DNA from: Cenococcum geophilum | Taxonomy: Eukaryota | Assembly (NCBI GenBank): GCA_050273025.1 | Contig: CP158636.1 | Location: forward strand, 9,610,001-9,674,000 | Direction of reading: 5' to 3' | DNA: 64,000 bases | Part shown: piece after piece, positions 49,701-62,900 of the stretch | Numbering within the stretch: position 1 is the stretch's first letter | Layout: each line of letters begins with the position of its first letter | Notes under the pieces: generated by a model | What the model was told of the DNA's origin: nothing | The model's database searches: none | Seen by the model: only the letters and a program-made list of their open reading frames with translations | Position numbers and translations under genes: made by a program

Positions 49701-51795
49701 TATCTTATTATAAGAATCTTAAGCCTTTAGCCTTTTGCCTTTATTAAGTGGTAAGCTAGCACTAGTAGTTGTCTGCTTGCTTAATCGTCTCTAGATATTA
49801 CTTCTTTCGTCTTATAAAGTGATAGATACCGTATCTAATGGTGTTATAATACCCGTTACTAAACCTTACTCTATAGCGGTCTTAGTCTCTACTTCTGTTA
49901 CGTTATTAAGGTTTAGATACCCCTAGTTAGTTTCTTTACTATCCTCGTCGCTGTTAATTAATAAGTACTCTAACTCTATTATTATTATTGCTAATCGTTA
50001 TCCGCATATTGCTGTAACATCTTAATCTAGCTCGTAGAGTTAATCCTATTCTTTATCTAACTCTATAGTTCCTTTAAGTCCTTTTAACTCTGGCTCTTAT
50101 GGCCAATAGCTTGCACCATACTTAGCGTCTTTATAAATTTGGTATACGTTATTATAATAGAACGCAAAACTTTTAATTAAACACTCTTTTGTTCCTTGCA
50201 GTACACTATTATCCCTCTATACGTGTATATTATATACTATTAGTCTAGTTCCCTTTATTGCATAGTAACTCTAACTATCTTTATAATCCCTTACGAAGTA
50301 ACCCTATTTCCCGTAATTTATATAAGCTCCGTTTTTAAACTATTAACTTTATTATGGAGTCCGCCTAAATATATTCTGCTATTAAGATCCCTGGTTTGGC
50401 CTCTACTCCTTAGTCCTATAATTACTAGATTTTTAACCTCTAGGTTTCTATAGTTTCTTACTCTATCTCTTATGGGCTTCTTTAGTACTACTTAGGTCCA
50501 TTAGCTCTGCGCCATACTATAGTTTCTAACTTAGCTTTAGTTATTACGTATTCTACGTCTTATACAACTATAGAACTCTATCCTAGCCCTTCTTAGCCTG
50601 TTCCCTTTAGAAGATCCTATTATTAATCTTAATCGCTTAATCTATCAATTTCCTTAGGGTGTCCGCATCTTCTATTAGAATAATTACGTTCTAGACTTTA
50701 GCCTTAAGTCCTTATTTATACTGTGCTATAAGCGCCCTATTATTCTACTTGACTTGTATTATAAGTGTCTAAAACTATATCATATACTTAATCGCTAAAG
50801 TTCGCTGTGTTAGGTCCTAAAGCTTTTTTTTTACTATAGTCGTTACTTCCGGGTCCCCGAATATCTATATTAATCGTTCCGCGAATCCTACCTAGCTAGA
50901 AAACACAAATCGTACTTCTTAATTAGCAGTAGTTATCCTATTAGTCTATATCTCTATTAAGTAGGATTTAAACCATTTAAGTGCCTAACCCATTAAGAAT
51001 AGTCCTGCGTAGGCTATCTAGTCCATTATTATGGCTAACTTGGCCCCTTCTTGCATGACTTTAAAATGCATCTACGTTAGAAATCCTTTAAGCTTTAATC
51101 TCTCTCCTAAGAATTGTTCGATTAATGGTAACTTAACCTTTACTGCTCTAATTCCGTTAAGTCTGTTCTTAAGTACCGTATTATTTTCTATTAATTAATC
51201 CACTATTTCCTGTAATTATCCTACCGTTACAGGTTATTGCGAGTTAGTGTCCGCTATACTGGTGTCACCCCCTGACCTTAAAGTAGTTGCCGCCGTTAAT
51301 AGCGTGGTGGCTGCTTTTGGTAGCATGTTGTTTGACTTTATATTTAATACCGTAACCGGGTAGTAATTGTGTAACGGAACCTTATAGTAAGAACTACAAT
51401 GGGTTCTATTAATAGGCTAGGTGTGTAGGAAATGTAAAGATAGTAGTTAATAACGTAATAACAACTAGTAGAGTGGTTGCCCAACAGATTAACTCTAATT
51501 GTATTCTGAGAATTACTATAAGGAAGGAACTATCTAGGTAAGGACTAAGGGTCCTTAAATACACAACCGTACTCCTAAGAAAGTTATTACTTTATCTACT
51601 CTATCTGCTCTGTTCGCTCTATAACAGATCTTACAGATTATATAGATTACACAGATCACATCACGTGACTCTACTTACTATTCCTCGTCATATGGTTCCA
51701 CGGGTTCCATTCTGGACCGTGCTTGTATTAACTAACTAGCTTCTTCCGACTCCTCTCCAAGTAGTCGTAATATTGTACTTAAAGCGTCCGTAACA
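43790..51795 (-). mobile_element. Full-length RIP-degraded Ty3/Gypsy retrotransposon B, 8006 bp
   Basis: 426-bp LTRs at 43790-44215 and 51370-51795; TSD ATTTA. Minus-strand PPT AGAGGAGGGAGATAG; gag knuckle (~50330-50290), protease LIDSGA (~48200), RT YLDDI, RNase H, integrase and a chromodomain-like tail. Confidence 0.95.
44324..44830 (+). pseudogene. Antisense accessory ORF in Gypsy B with a six-cysteine (Zn2Cys6-like) motif
   Basis: From 44402 the de-RIP reading is MPSPCSRCAKEGLVCIALASPSSxQPFSCSECTKANIRSSC. Two Cys codons are intact TGC and four are TAT, interpreted as mutated TGT. Confidence 0.6.
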
Positions 51796-54700
51796 ATTTA
51801 ACGTCCTATTTTTAGCGGTTAAAGCAATATCTACTTTTTATAGCACGAGGTAATCTATAGGTTAGGTGTCCTAATTTATCTATTATTAGTTTATATTAAG
51901 TCGACCTATAGCTATTATAAACCGTATTATTACTTAAACCACGTTTATATTTAGGGCCCAGTTCTTATCATCTATTAGGGTCTTTCCCCCTAAGTAGAAG
52001 AAGATATTTCCCCTATATATATCTATATACTATAGTATCTCTATTTAATATACTGTCTATCTTTTATACTAAAAGAGAAAGTAGTTTACTATCTCTTACG
52101 TTTATCCATATTTGTACTAATCTATTAGCGTAGCTTTAATTTAGTAGAGGTACGTATTTAGTCTTACTATACCTATTCTAAGTTAGGCGAGTACCCTAGC
52201 TTTCTTTTATAATAGTTAGTTATAGAGCTGTTATATATATTTGCCTAGCAATACTATATTAATTCTTTTAAAATATTTCCTAATATTTTTTAGTAACCTT
52301 CTAGTAATATATAGCTTAGCTTACGCAATATTAAGAGTTATTAATCGCATTTTAGCGAGCTATATCTATAGGGTAGTATTCTATCCTATTACTACTTTTA
52401 CTTTCTTTTTAGTAAGTATTATAAGTTTATTTTCCTTACTTAATGGGAGCTATAAAATTATTATTATGTTTCTATCTCTTTTTAGTATTCTTGTAGATCT
52501 ATAGATGCGGCTAATATACTCTTATTTGGACTATTATTAAGGTTTCCTAAGCGTAAGTGCAGCCGCTTTATTTCTTAATATTAACACAATACTACAGAAC
52601 CTAAGCTTTGGTAGTATATTTAGAGCGTATACTATTACTGCCAACTTTCTAAAATACGGGTTTTATTCTTCTTTTATACCTAGTATAGAGGAAAAGAATA
52701 CAGTCTTATTCCTTAGGTTACCGTATACTGATTTATCTATCTTAATCGCCCTACCTATTCCAACTACACTATTTTATACTAAGCTGCTTATGGCAATATA
52801 TACTACCTAGCCTATATCTAGTTATCTTAATACTAATTCATCGGCAATAATTTATACTCTTTTCTCCTATAGTGCTAATATATACGGGTTAATAGTTTCT
52901 AACTCCTCTATTATTATATCTTTAAGTACCTTTACCACTTAATAAAGTAGAGAGCGATATTATCTTCTAAATTTTTATATTTAGGATATATTCCTTTAAA
53001 GTGGGTTAGTTTCGGGTAGGGTATAAATATCTATTTATAGCTTAACTACCCATCTTTAAAACCGGTCTTATATGCTAGCAATATAAGCTTCTACTTCCGC
53101 TACGCTTATTACCACTATAAGAAACATCCCTATAATAGCTTACACTCCTATTCTTTAGACCCTATTAATAGGTCCCATAAGTTTATCTTTAAAGACGTAC
53201 ATTTAGACATTAGAGGCGTAATCTACCGCTAGGGCGACTATAGATATAAATAACTACCGCGCTATTAATAGCGAGAGACCCCTAAACCTCCTAAGCTCTA
53301 TTACTACTTCTAGGCCTTTAGAGGCCGCCCTTGTAATATATTCCTTATACTTAAGCTTAGCGTCTATAAGCACTTTAAGTATCTTAATAGTGTCCTTAGG
53401 TATAATAGTATATCCCTTTATAGTAAAGGCTTCCGTAGCAGTCTTATATAATTTATAGGTAAAATATATAATTATTGTCTTTTCCGCTTTAAATATCGCC
53501 CTACTTCTTCTCTCCCAGTCTAGGGCGTCGTTAATAATAGCATTAATACCTTTTTAGTTACATTGTGCCGTAGGTCCTATAACCTATATAGTAAAGTTAT
53601 TAATAAAAGCTATCGCTCCCCCATAGCTGTCAATTCGTCATTATACTAAGTTAGTATTAAAGAAAAGGAATAAGATTAGAGACAGGGAGGAGTCTTAAGG
53701 CAGGCCTACCTATAGTAGGCTTTAGACCTTAGAGAACTGCCCATTAATTTAAATTATTATAGTACGTTTTAAGCAGAATGCCTTTATCTACTAAAGTAGC
53801 TTCTTTAGTATACCTCGCGCCTTTATCCTCTATAGCAGTCTTTCTTTACAAACTCTATTATATGCCCCTTTAATATCAAAACTAACTAGGCTAACGATTT
53901 ATTGGCCCTACTAAGCGGTATATATCTACTCCTATAGGAGTATAAGTGCTTACTCTACTAATCGTTATTTATAAGCCCTAAAGTGGTTAGTTAGGAGAAG
54001 GCCGTATATCTCTACTACGTGCGAGATCCTTTCTATAACTACCAATTCTAGCACTTTCCTAAGAGTTATTAGGAGTGAAATTAGTCTCTAGGCTTTTGTA
54101 ACCGTATAGTTCTTTTTACTAGGCTTTTTAAGTGGTATAATTTTAGCATATTACTACTAGCTAGGCAGCGTTCCCTCTTTTAGAGATACTTAAAATAACG
54201 CTAGAATATAGTTCTTAACTACTAGCTAAGTCTCTTTCTAGACTATTACGGGTAGGCTATTATCCCTAGGCGCCTTCTATAATTTTATAGCAAATAACTA
54301 TCTTTCTACTTCCTTTATTATAATGGCAGGTATTGCTACTAAAGCTCTTTGTAGTCTGGGTCTTTTATTATTAATATTACTTAGTAAGGGAGAAAAAAAC
54401 TTAGTTAGTAGTTCTTCTACCTACTCCTTATAGTTAGCTATAGCCGTTTTATCTGCTTTAATAAGCTACGGTACCTTCCCAAACGCTATATCATCGCTAG
54501 ACTTTAGGTATTTTGCGGCCTTCTAAAGGTTATTATTGTCCGCTAAAAACTCGTTCCAGTACTTTTTCTTTTGTTGTCAGATGGCGTTATAATACCACTT
54601 AAAAGCGCCTTTCCCTATATCTTCTAGGTCTAGTCTAGTTTATCCCACCCGCTATTTAGCTCGCGCTTGGTTTCTCCAGTACGTATATATCTAACGCAGC

Positions 54701-57700
54701 TATATCAAATCGGTTGTCCACCATCGCTTTACGTATAAAGATGGTCTAGCCTTTAGTATTAAGGTATAGACCGCTTTAAGGACCGCCAATATTAGTCTAT
54801 CTGTTTTCTGCTATACTATACTATTTAAGGAGGTGATCTTTAGTTTGCTCGCGATTCTAGTTCTAATTTCGTTCTATAGCGCGTTTTTAAGCAGAAGCCA
54901 CTCCTAGTATTTTAGTAGAGGAATTAAAATGTTAAAGACTATCTTAATTACGCGATAGTCCGATCCGTGTTCAGTTCCGTATATCGCGTATTTTACTATA
55001 AAATTTGTTAGTTCTTCCAAGGCTAGGACCAAATCAATAGTCGTTTTATAGTCTCCGCTATACTAAGTCTTTATACCTTATTAAAGCAGACTACTAAGGG
55101 CGAATTTACTTATTAGATTAATAATTAGATCTGCTTTACCTTATCTCCCCTAAAACACATCATCACCTCCCTATAACTAGTCGTGACGGTTAAAGTCTCT
55201 AGCAATTACCACTTCTACTACAGTGCCTATATTTTGTCTTATATCTATAATAGCCTTATATAAGATATCGTACGTATTATATAGTGCCTAAGGGTTACCT
55301 CCTAGTATATAGACTAATACTACTAAGACAAGTCGGCCTAGGAGTCTTATAATCGCTACAGTTATATTAGGAGACTCTATTAGTACCTATTCCGTCTCTA
55401 CCTCTTTATTAACCTAGAGCATGCTTTAGATTACCTATCTACCTTCCCTCTAAGTTAAGGGAACTATCTTAGTCTATTTATAATGTCCTATAGAGGTAGT
55501 TAGGAGTTAACCCTAAATCTAATAAGCCTAGGGTTCTTAAATAACTAATACTATTACATCTTAGATTTCCTTATTATTTATTAAGCTATTATATACCGTG
55601 CCTTATTTCCTTATATTTAGTTAGATCATTTAGAACGTTCTATTTATACTAAGGGTAGAGCTTCTAATAGTTTTTACTAAAAAATTTATAAGGGCCCCGC
55701 ACGGAACACATTTTAGGATTGTTTTATTACAGTTGCTATAATAGTAACCTTCTTTCGCATATCTCGCACATCTCTTAATGTTCTTACATTAGAACGCCTT
55801 ATAGCCCATCTCTTAGCATTTATAGCACTGTTCCGGTCGTAGGCAGTATTTAAACACCCTAATATAGCCAGACTCTCCTCTAGCGTAGAAGAATCCCTCT
55901 ATAAGAAGTCGCTTCGCATTAGTACCCTTAGTGACGTACACAACTATAGAACTATATACTTTTAGTACATCCCTCCTACTTAGCCAAGCAATCTTCACTA
56001 CTATAGTGTCGTTCTCTTAACTAAGGGCCTCTACTACCCCGCTATAGATCTTTCCTATATCGTTTAGAACCGCTAAGTAGTTAACATTATTAACCCTAAT
56101 TAAATAAAGATCGTCTCTTAATACTCTAGCACTAGGTACTATCTTTATTTCTATTACCCTCTTAACTATCTATTATTCGGTTTCGTCTCTATATATAATC
56201 TTAATACGGCTTATATTTCTCACGTCTCTAGTCACCACTTAATAGCGCTAGTTAGCTTCACCCTTTAAGGCCCAGATCTCTTTCTCTATAACCGCCCTAA
56301 TTACACCTGCTAAGGTCTTATTGGTATCTTTATCTACCACTCTAGAGATATCAATTGTACAGTAAAGCGTATTAGCCGTAGTAGATAATATAGGAGGGTA
56401 TCTTATAGGGGTGGTATTATTAAAAGTCAATAGTGTAGACTCTGCTTCGCTTTAGCTTACTATAATAGCTACCTATAATTATATTAATAGCGGAGACACT
56501 AAATAGGCGCTAATTTATGATTATAGGGAATAGACCTATTCCTATAGTTTAGCATTCTGCCTTTTAAGGTCTTATTACCCTACTTTAACTTCTACAAGAT
56601 TAGCTCTAACATTATTAATAGTATTACTCTACTTCTTAATAATGCTAGACTAATATGTTATAGTCTCCTTTAGGTTCGCGATAAGCTACATGAGCTTATC
56701 TAGGTTAGTACCTCTTCCTTTCCCTCCGCCTAAGAACTTAAAGCTAGGGGTTTTGTTAGTGCCTATAAAAGTAGCTATATCGTTCCTACGTCTTTTAAGT
56801 GCTTTTATAATTCGTTTAAACTCTAAAGGTAGTGGTACTCCTTACTATTTGGTTAAGGACGTAGCCTATTAGGAGCTAATAGGTAAACCTAGGGGCTCCC
56901 TATTAGCTAAGTCGGCTATTAATCTCTATAGATCGGCTTATATAACTAATCTCTTCGTCTATACTAAAGATTATAGTGCAAAAAGCCCTTTCTAATCTAT
57001 TACAGTCGCTTTTAGTAAAAATCTATTAACGTTTGCACTCTATATAGTCGCTTAGGTATAATATACAGTCGTGGTATAAATACAGTCGCTAGCGAAATCA
57101 GCTTCCGCCTAAGCGCGCTATAAGAATCTTCACTAACCCTGCTTCTATAGGGATCCTTGTAAGCACCTTACTATACTTAGTTAAGCATAAATCAAAGGTA
57201 AGATAGGGAGGTTATTAGAAGCTTATAGTAAAATTTACTGTAATATACGGCCTTATGGCATAGCAGTATATATCTAAAGAAATTTTACTCTATAAGGGTA
57301 TAGCCTAGTACAAATCAGTACTCTATTAAACGGCAAATCCCGTAAGAGATAAGGGCTACTAAGGCGACGCTTAGACCAAGCATCTCCCCCATTAGAATCT
57401 TTATACCAGCCCTACTAGTAAATTTAGCGACGAATTTTATATCCTATTACCCTAAGCACGTCCTAAGTAGCGCCTAAGTATGCCTAAGTAAGGGCGGAGA
57501 GGATTATAGGAGGAAGCTAGGTAAGATTTGTAAGCGTATTACCTAATTACACTAGGTAAGAGTTGCCCTTAAGTAATTTCTAGCCATCTATAGTCCGCTA
57601 TAGTGCCTAGCCTTACTCCTACTTTAGTAGACTTCCTATATCGCTGCTAAGATTACTATTAAAGCCTAACATTCTAAATATCCCTAAGTAAGCCTTATTC

Positions 57701-58029
57701 TCTAATAGTTTAAGCAAAGGGGGTAATCTAAGAGCCCTACTACTACGGATATTCTAGCTAAAATAGCGATATACATTGGCCGGCTCTATTACTACATAAA
57801 GCGTTCTAATATATTCCCTATATAAAATATAGCTTAGCATAAGGGCAGGACTAACTACGCTAATTAATAGTTTTATCCTTATCTACAGAACGCCAAGAAC
57901 GCTATATTAAGAAAATTAACCCTTTTTACGGACGCCTAATAGTAGTTTAAGCTATAATTCTAATTCTCTAAGCCGATTAGTCTCTTTTTGGAGCGGCCTA
58001 TATTATAAGGAGCTAAAGCGGCATCTATA

Positions 58030-59932
58030 ATAATAAAAGGTAAGACTACGCTAGCAGCTAGGCAGCCTTGCGAGACGTATAAAATATAAAAGATAAAAGG
58101 TAACCTCAGCTTATCTCCGGGCAATTAATAGCTACTTTAGGTATTACTTCTCAATTGCCTTATATATAAAATTACTTTAGATTATAAACCGTCAATTAAT
58201 TCTACGCACTTAAAGCAATATGGTATATAGCTACAGCCTAAACTACCTATTAGAGTTGGTTACCTATAAGAGTTAAGCTAACGGTGTAATAGTAGCCTAT
58301 TTACTACCTCCTTTTAGGTCTGGCTACTATCTAGCTTACCTAGGGGCACTAGGTGGTCTTAAACCCTATTAAGTAACTAAACCTCTAAATTAAACCAAGC
58401 AGCGTCTCTTTCTAAAATACCCTTCTTGCTGTTAAGGAGGTCCTTAAAACTGGCTAGGCTTATGAACTTCTTAATAGCACTAATTACTAGGTCCTCTATA
58501 CCAACTTCCTAAATACGGCTTTGTTTTCCAGAAAAGTAACTTCTTATATAGTCCGCGCTATTATAGCTAACTATATAAACGGACGGACCATCTAGCTTAC
58601 GGGCGACGCCTTTAAGCCACTATTATTTTTTGTTACCTCTATAACTAACAACTAGCTATACCCTAGCCTTAAAGAAGTTGCCAAGGCCGCTAAACTCGCC
58701 AGATTTAGCTAAAATGCCGTCACTTTCCTCACTATACCTCCACTCTATATAGAGGTGTTTCCGAACGGTACTATATACCAAATACTATATATTAAGGCCC
58801 AAAAGAAGTCCAATACTAAGTATACTCTATTCTAGGTCAATATAAACACAGAAAAGGCGTAAAGGGATAGCGTAGAGTTGGGTTACCCTTTTACCGCCTA
58901 TACAGCCCTAATAGAGGGAAAAGGTAACATAACCCCTAGAGGCACCTTAGGGTAAGCTAGGGTAATAATATTACGCGGAAGCGAGGTGCTTTAGACTATA
59001 GAGGTAATCTAGCCCTTTATATTATCTAGTACTAACAGGTCCAGCATTAAACTCCTTAATATATAGTACCGCGGGCGGACCATCTTAAAGTATACCTATG
59101 TGCCTATTCTTAACGTTAAGTATAAGGAGAATTATCCCCCCTATAGGCCAATATACCGCAACTAGTAGGACTTAGAGTAATCATTTTTTTACAATAGTAC
59201 CGACGTACCAGGCCTTAAAGGCTTTTGTAAGTATATGTCCAGGCCTAAAACGCTTATAAATCCCCCACACACAAATAGCGGGAACTTTAACAGTGTAGGC
59301 TTCTTTATTAATAGCAACAAGGTCACAATCCTGTCGCAGATATAGGCTGGATAGTACCACTACACGTTAGAATGGCGCTTTAAGGCCGACGGGACCATCC
59401 TACCACATTTTAGCTTCGCTGGCGTACTATAGCCCAATAAGTATATATATATAGCGCACTACCACTACGTCTATTAGCGGCTTAACTTTAACATCAAAAT
59501 AATAAGCAGGAACCTCGTGTAGGAGTTTAATAACCTACTACTCTTTAGATTAACAAACTATTATAATAAGGCGTATAAGATTTAGCGCCTAAAGAACCTA
59601 TCTTAAAAGCGCTATTAGGAGATTTTAAACTTATAGTCGGGCCATAAGTACGCCCTTATTCTGGGGCCTAACAACGGCACAGCCGACGATTTTAGTGTTA
59701 ATAATATTTAGGTTTTAAAGTTCTACAAAGAACCTAATAATAAGGAGCTAGATAATAAGCCAATATTAGGTAATAAAGCGTAACTAGAAAAGTTTATTAT
59801 AGGGGAAGTATTAAGAGGTAAAAATATTATACTCTAGTATATAGCTTATTTTATATATATAAAGTCACACCCACACGCGACCAATAAGGGAGAATATATT
59901 ATTAGTCCGGATCTAAAGCCTCTTAAATAGGA
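58030..59932 (+). pseudogene. RIP-inactivated gene with a copper-amine-oxidase-like C-terminal domain (~59030-59930)
   Basis: De-RIP reading: GSGIELLDVQYRGRTILKHAHVPILNVKY...YRDWQ; QAGWYHYTLEWRFEADGTILP.FGF; HHHHVYWRLDFDI; LWY.AHF; HIVGPDLKP. The 5' limit is uncertain. Confidence 0.7.
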
Positions 59933-62900
59933 TTAAGGATAGAATTAACGAGAATTACCCTATAGTCTTACTACTAATATATTAAAAGAAGGTGCGTAAT
60001 AGTTCCGTTCTTACGCCTCTAACCATTATCGCAGGAGGTGTACCGATAAACTATTCCTAGGTATATCCTAAGTGGCGCCTAAGTGGCGCCTAAGTAAAAA
60101 GCGGCAAAGGGTTAACGGCTAATTGCTTACGCAATTAAACTCTATTGATTTAGTTAGCTAGAGTTTTAATTAATCCTATAGGTATAAACCTCGGCCTAAA
60201 AAATTCGTCATAGTTTTAAGCGTTACGCTAGGCCGGTCTAGGTCTACCTCTCTACCCGTAAGGCCTAAGGAACCCAGCTCTCTATTAACAATACCGCTTT
60301 AGATAACAGAGTACGCCGGATTCTATATATAGGGAACTATATTTTACCGAAATCCAGGATCTAAGTACTCTCTATAATACAGGCTACGCTAATAGGGAGG
60401 GTGCCGACCCGTACTAGCTACACCCTTTATATTATGGCGTAAAGCAAGTTTCTTTAGATATATGCCGCTTACTTAGTACTATATTATAAGGTTATATATT
60501 ATAGTAAACTTTATTATAAGCTTTCAGTAACCTCCCTATTTTACTTTAGACTTACGCTTAACTATATAGTAAGGTGTGTATAAGGACCCCTATAGAAGTA
60601 GGGGTTTTAAAGATTCTTATAACCGCGCTTAGGCGGAAGCCAATTTCGCTAGCAACTATACCTTCGCTATTAGATTAAATTAGGTCAAGTTCTATAACTA
60701 ATAATTTATTTCTTTATTAAATATCAAGCGCGAATGCCAGAAATCGCTTATTAATTGGCTAAATTATACCAAGCCGATCTAGCTACCCTAGCTAATAGGA
60801 TATAGGTTTCAGTTTTAAACCTACTATGCTAGCCTAGAAGCCTTATACTAAGACTAGTAGGACTAAAATAGTCCCAACTCTGCACCCTCCCTTTTAACCT
60901 TTAATATAAATTCTCTCTAGTCCCCTAAGTAAACGATAATAGCGTATAACTATAGTACTAGCCACAGACCTATTAAACCTGTAAATTATTAACTAACTAA
61001 TACTAGTCTCTACCACGTACCAAAATACGCGATATTAGTAATAGCGATTATCCGTTGCCCTAGTTATCTCTAAAACTATAGGCAATCTGCGAACTTAAAA
61101 ACGGTTCCGTGCATCTGCTAAATAAAACTTTCCTATCCACCAATGTTATAACTATTAAACGGTCGCATCGTACAAAAAAACAAAAAAGGTAAAAGATATA
61201 AAAGACGTAAAAGAGGCACTTATCACAATAAGGAGGATATAGTAGTATAATATAAATAATATAGACGATATACACCTAGGAGAGAACGGGTTTATAGAAT
61301 ACGTAGTAAAATAAAAGCTATTATTAGTAGTAATAGATTACCTTAGTAGGGAAAAGCTAAAGAGAATAGATTAACGTCATTAAAGTAACGGAGTAAGATT
61401 CTAAAAGGGGTATAGCCGACGCTTTAGGTTATAGCTCACGTTAAACTATATTAAAACTGCTATTTTTAAAAATAGGCTCCTATCTATATGCCGTACGTAT
61501 AGCCTTTATTTCTCTTTACCATTATAATAAGGCTTGTAGAGGCGCTATACCTCGTGCGTTACGACTATAATATTATTAGTCTCCCCTAAGTGTTTAACCT
61601 TAATATAGGCTAGCTTACCCTTATACCCTTAGGGCCTAAAATATATTTAATAAGTTTAGTTGTTCCTTTATATTATACTACCGCCCACTAAGTTCCTATA
61701 TAGCCGTATTTTATAGGGTAACCTACTACTAAGCGCAGCGGTGGCAGCCCTTTGTTGTAACGCAGCGCCGTAAGAGCGATACTCTATTTATATATACCGT
61801 CGAGTCTACTAAGTATAAAAGCTCTCGCGTAAATCTCCTTAGACCTTATTAAGTATATTAAAGGGGCACTACTCCTTCAACACTAGGGGCGATAGTAGAC
61901 GAGGCTATTTATATAACTATAGTATTATATAATACTAATTATAGCGTGCCTAGTATCTAGGGGTTAATTTATATAAGAGATAGTGCTATTTAGCCTAAGG
62001 GCCCACTAATGCGGGACGTTATAAATATTATTAGCTGGTGATAGACTAGCTAAAAAGCCTATTAGTAACTATAATATATATTATAACTACTATGCTAAAG
62101 GTGTCTAGGCTCCGTCACCGCGTCTTATAGTACCGTATCCCGGCTAGATGGCGCTACTACGCTTAGTAGACGTATTATATTAAGGAGGTACTACGTCTTT
62201 TTACATTATGGTTGTCTATTTAGGCTTAAAAAAGAGGTTCTAAACCCTATTAAATTTCGGAGCGCTAACTTTTCTTTTACAGAACGCTACGGAGAATCCT
62301 AAGGCTAGCGCGACGCCAAGAATTAGGTTTATTTAGTAGCTATACTCCTACTACTTACGCTTGTCTCTAGAATACCAATTAAGGACTATATAGCTATACT
62401 CCCGTTATTATCTTATAAGGAGTTAAAGGAAATACTAACCCTTATTTAATCCTACTAAGCCGAATATAACCTAAGCCTACTATTAATCGCTGTCTATAAG
62501 GCCTAACTATAAGGTCGTTCCTTCTAATACTAATATTTCCTAGAGGATCTGTAATAACGAGCTTATATATCCGCCGAACCTACTTCCCCTTCTACTAATA
62601 TAACTGCTATAAGCAACCGCATTAAATAAAGGAGATATAGAAGGTAAGGGAAGTAAGGGAGGCAAAGGAGGTATACATATTACTAGTCGCTAAGAAAATC
62701 GAGTAGTTACGCACCTTAGCCTTAAAGTAGCGGCAAGAAGTAGTATACAAAAGTGCTAGATATTAAGGATGTTTATATAGGGAGAATAGGTCTATACAAT
62801 GCGTAATGAAATAGAAGTCATCGTTAGCTATAGCGTAAAAGGGTGCTTAGCAGTAATAATAAAAGCATAATAAAAAGTTTAGGTCATTAGTTAGTTATAA

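Larger units (their letters stand above)
43578..57085 (-). mobile_element. Near full-length RIP-degraded Tad1-like LINE (ORF1 ~56920-55650; ORF2 endonuclease-RT-RNase H ~55650-51900), with Gypsy B inserted in its 3' UTR
   Basis: ORF1 has CCHC knuckles (QCYKC...GH). ORF2 has endonuclease GDFNRHD and GSDHRVI, and RT WRPISLL, SFDIKGA and GLPQDSSLSLILFLF. The 3' end GCCGCCGGGCGTTAATAAATTG lies at ~43585-43606. Ends are approximate. Confidence 0.85.
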
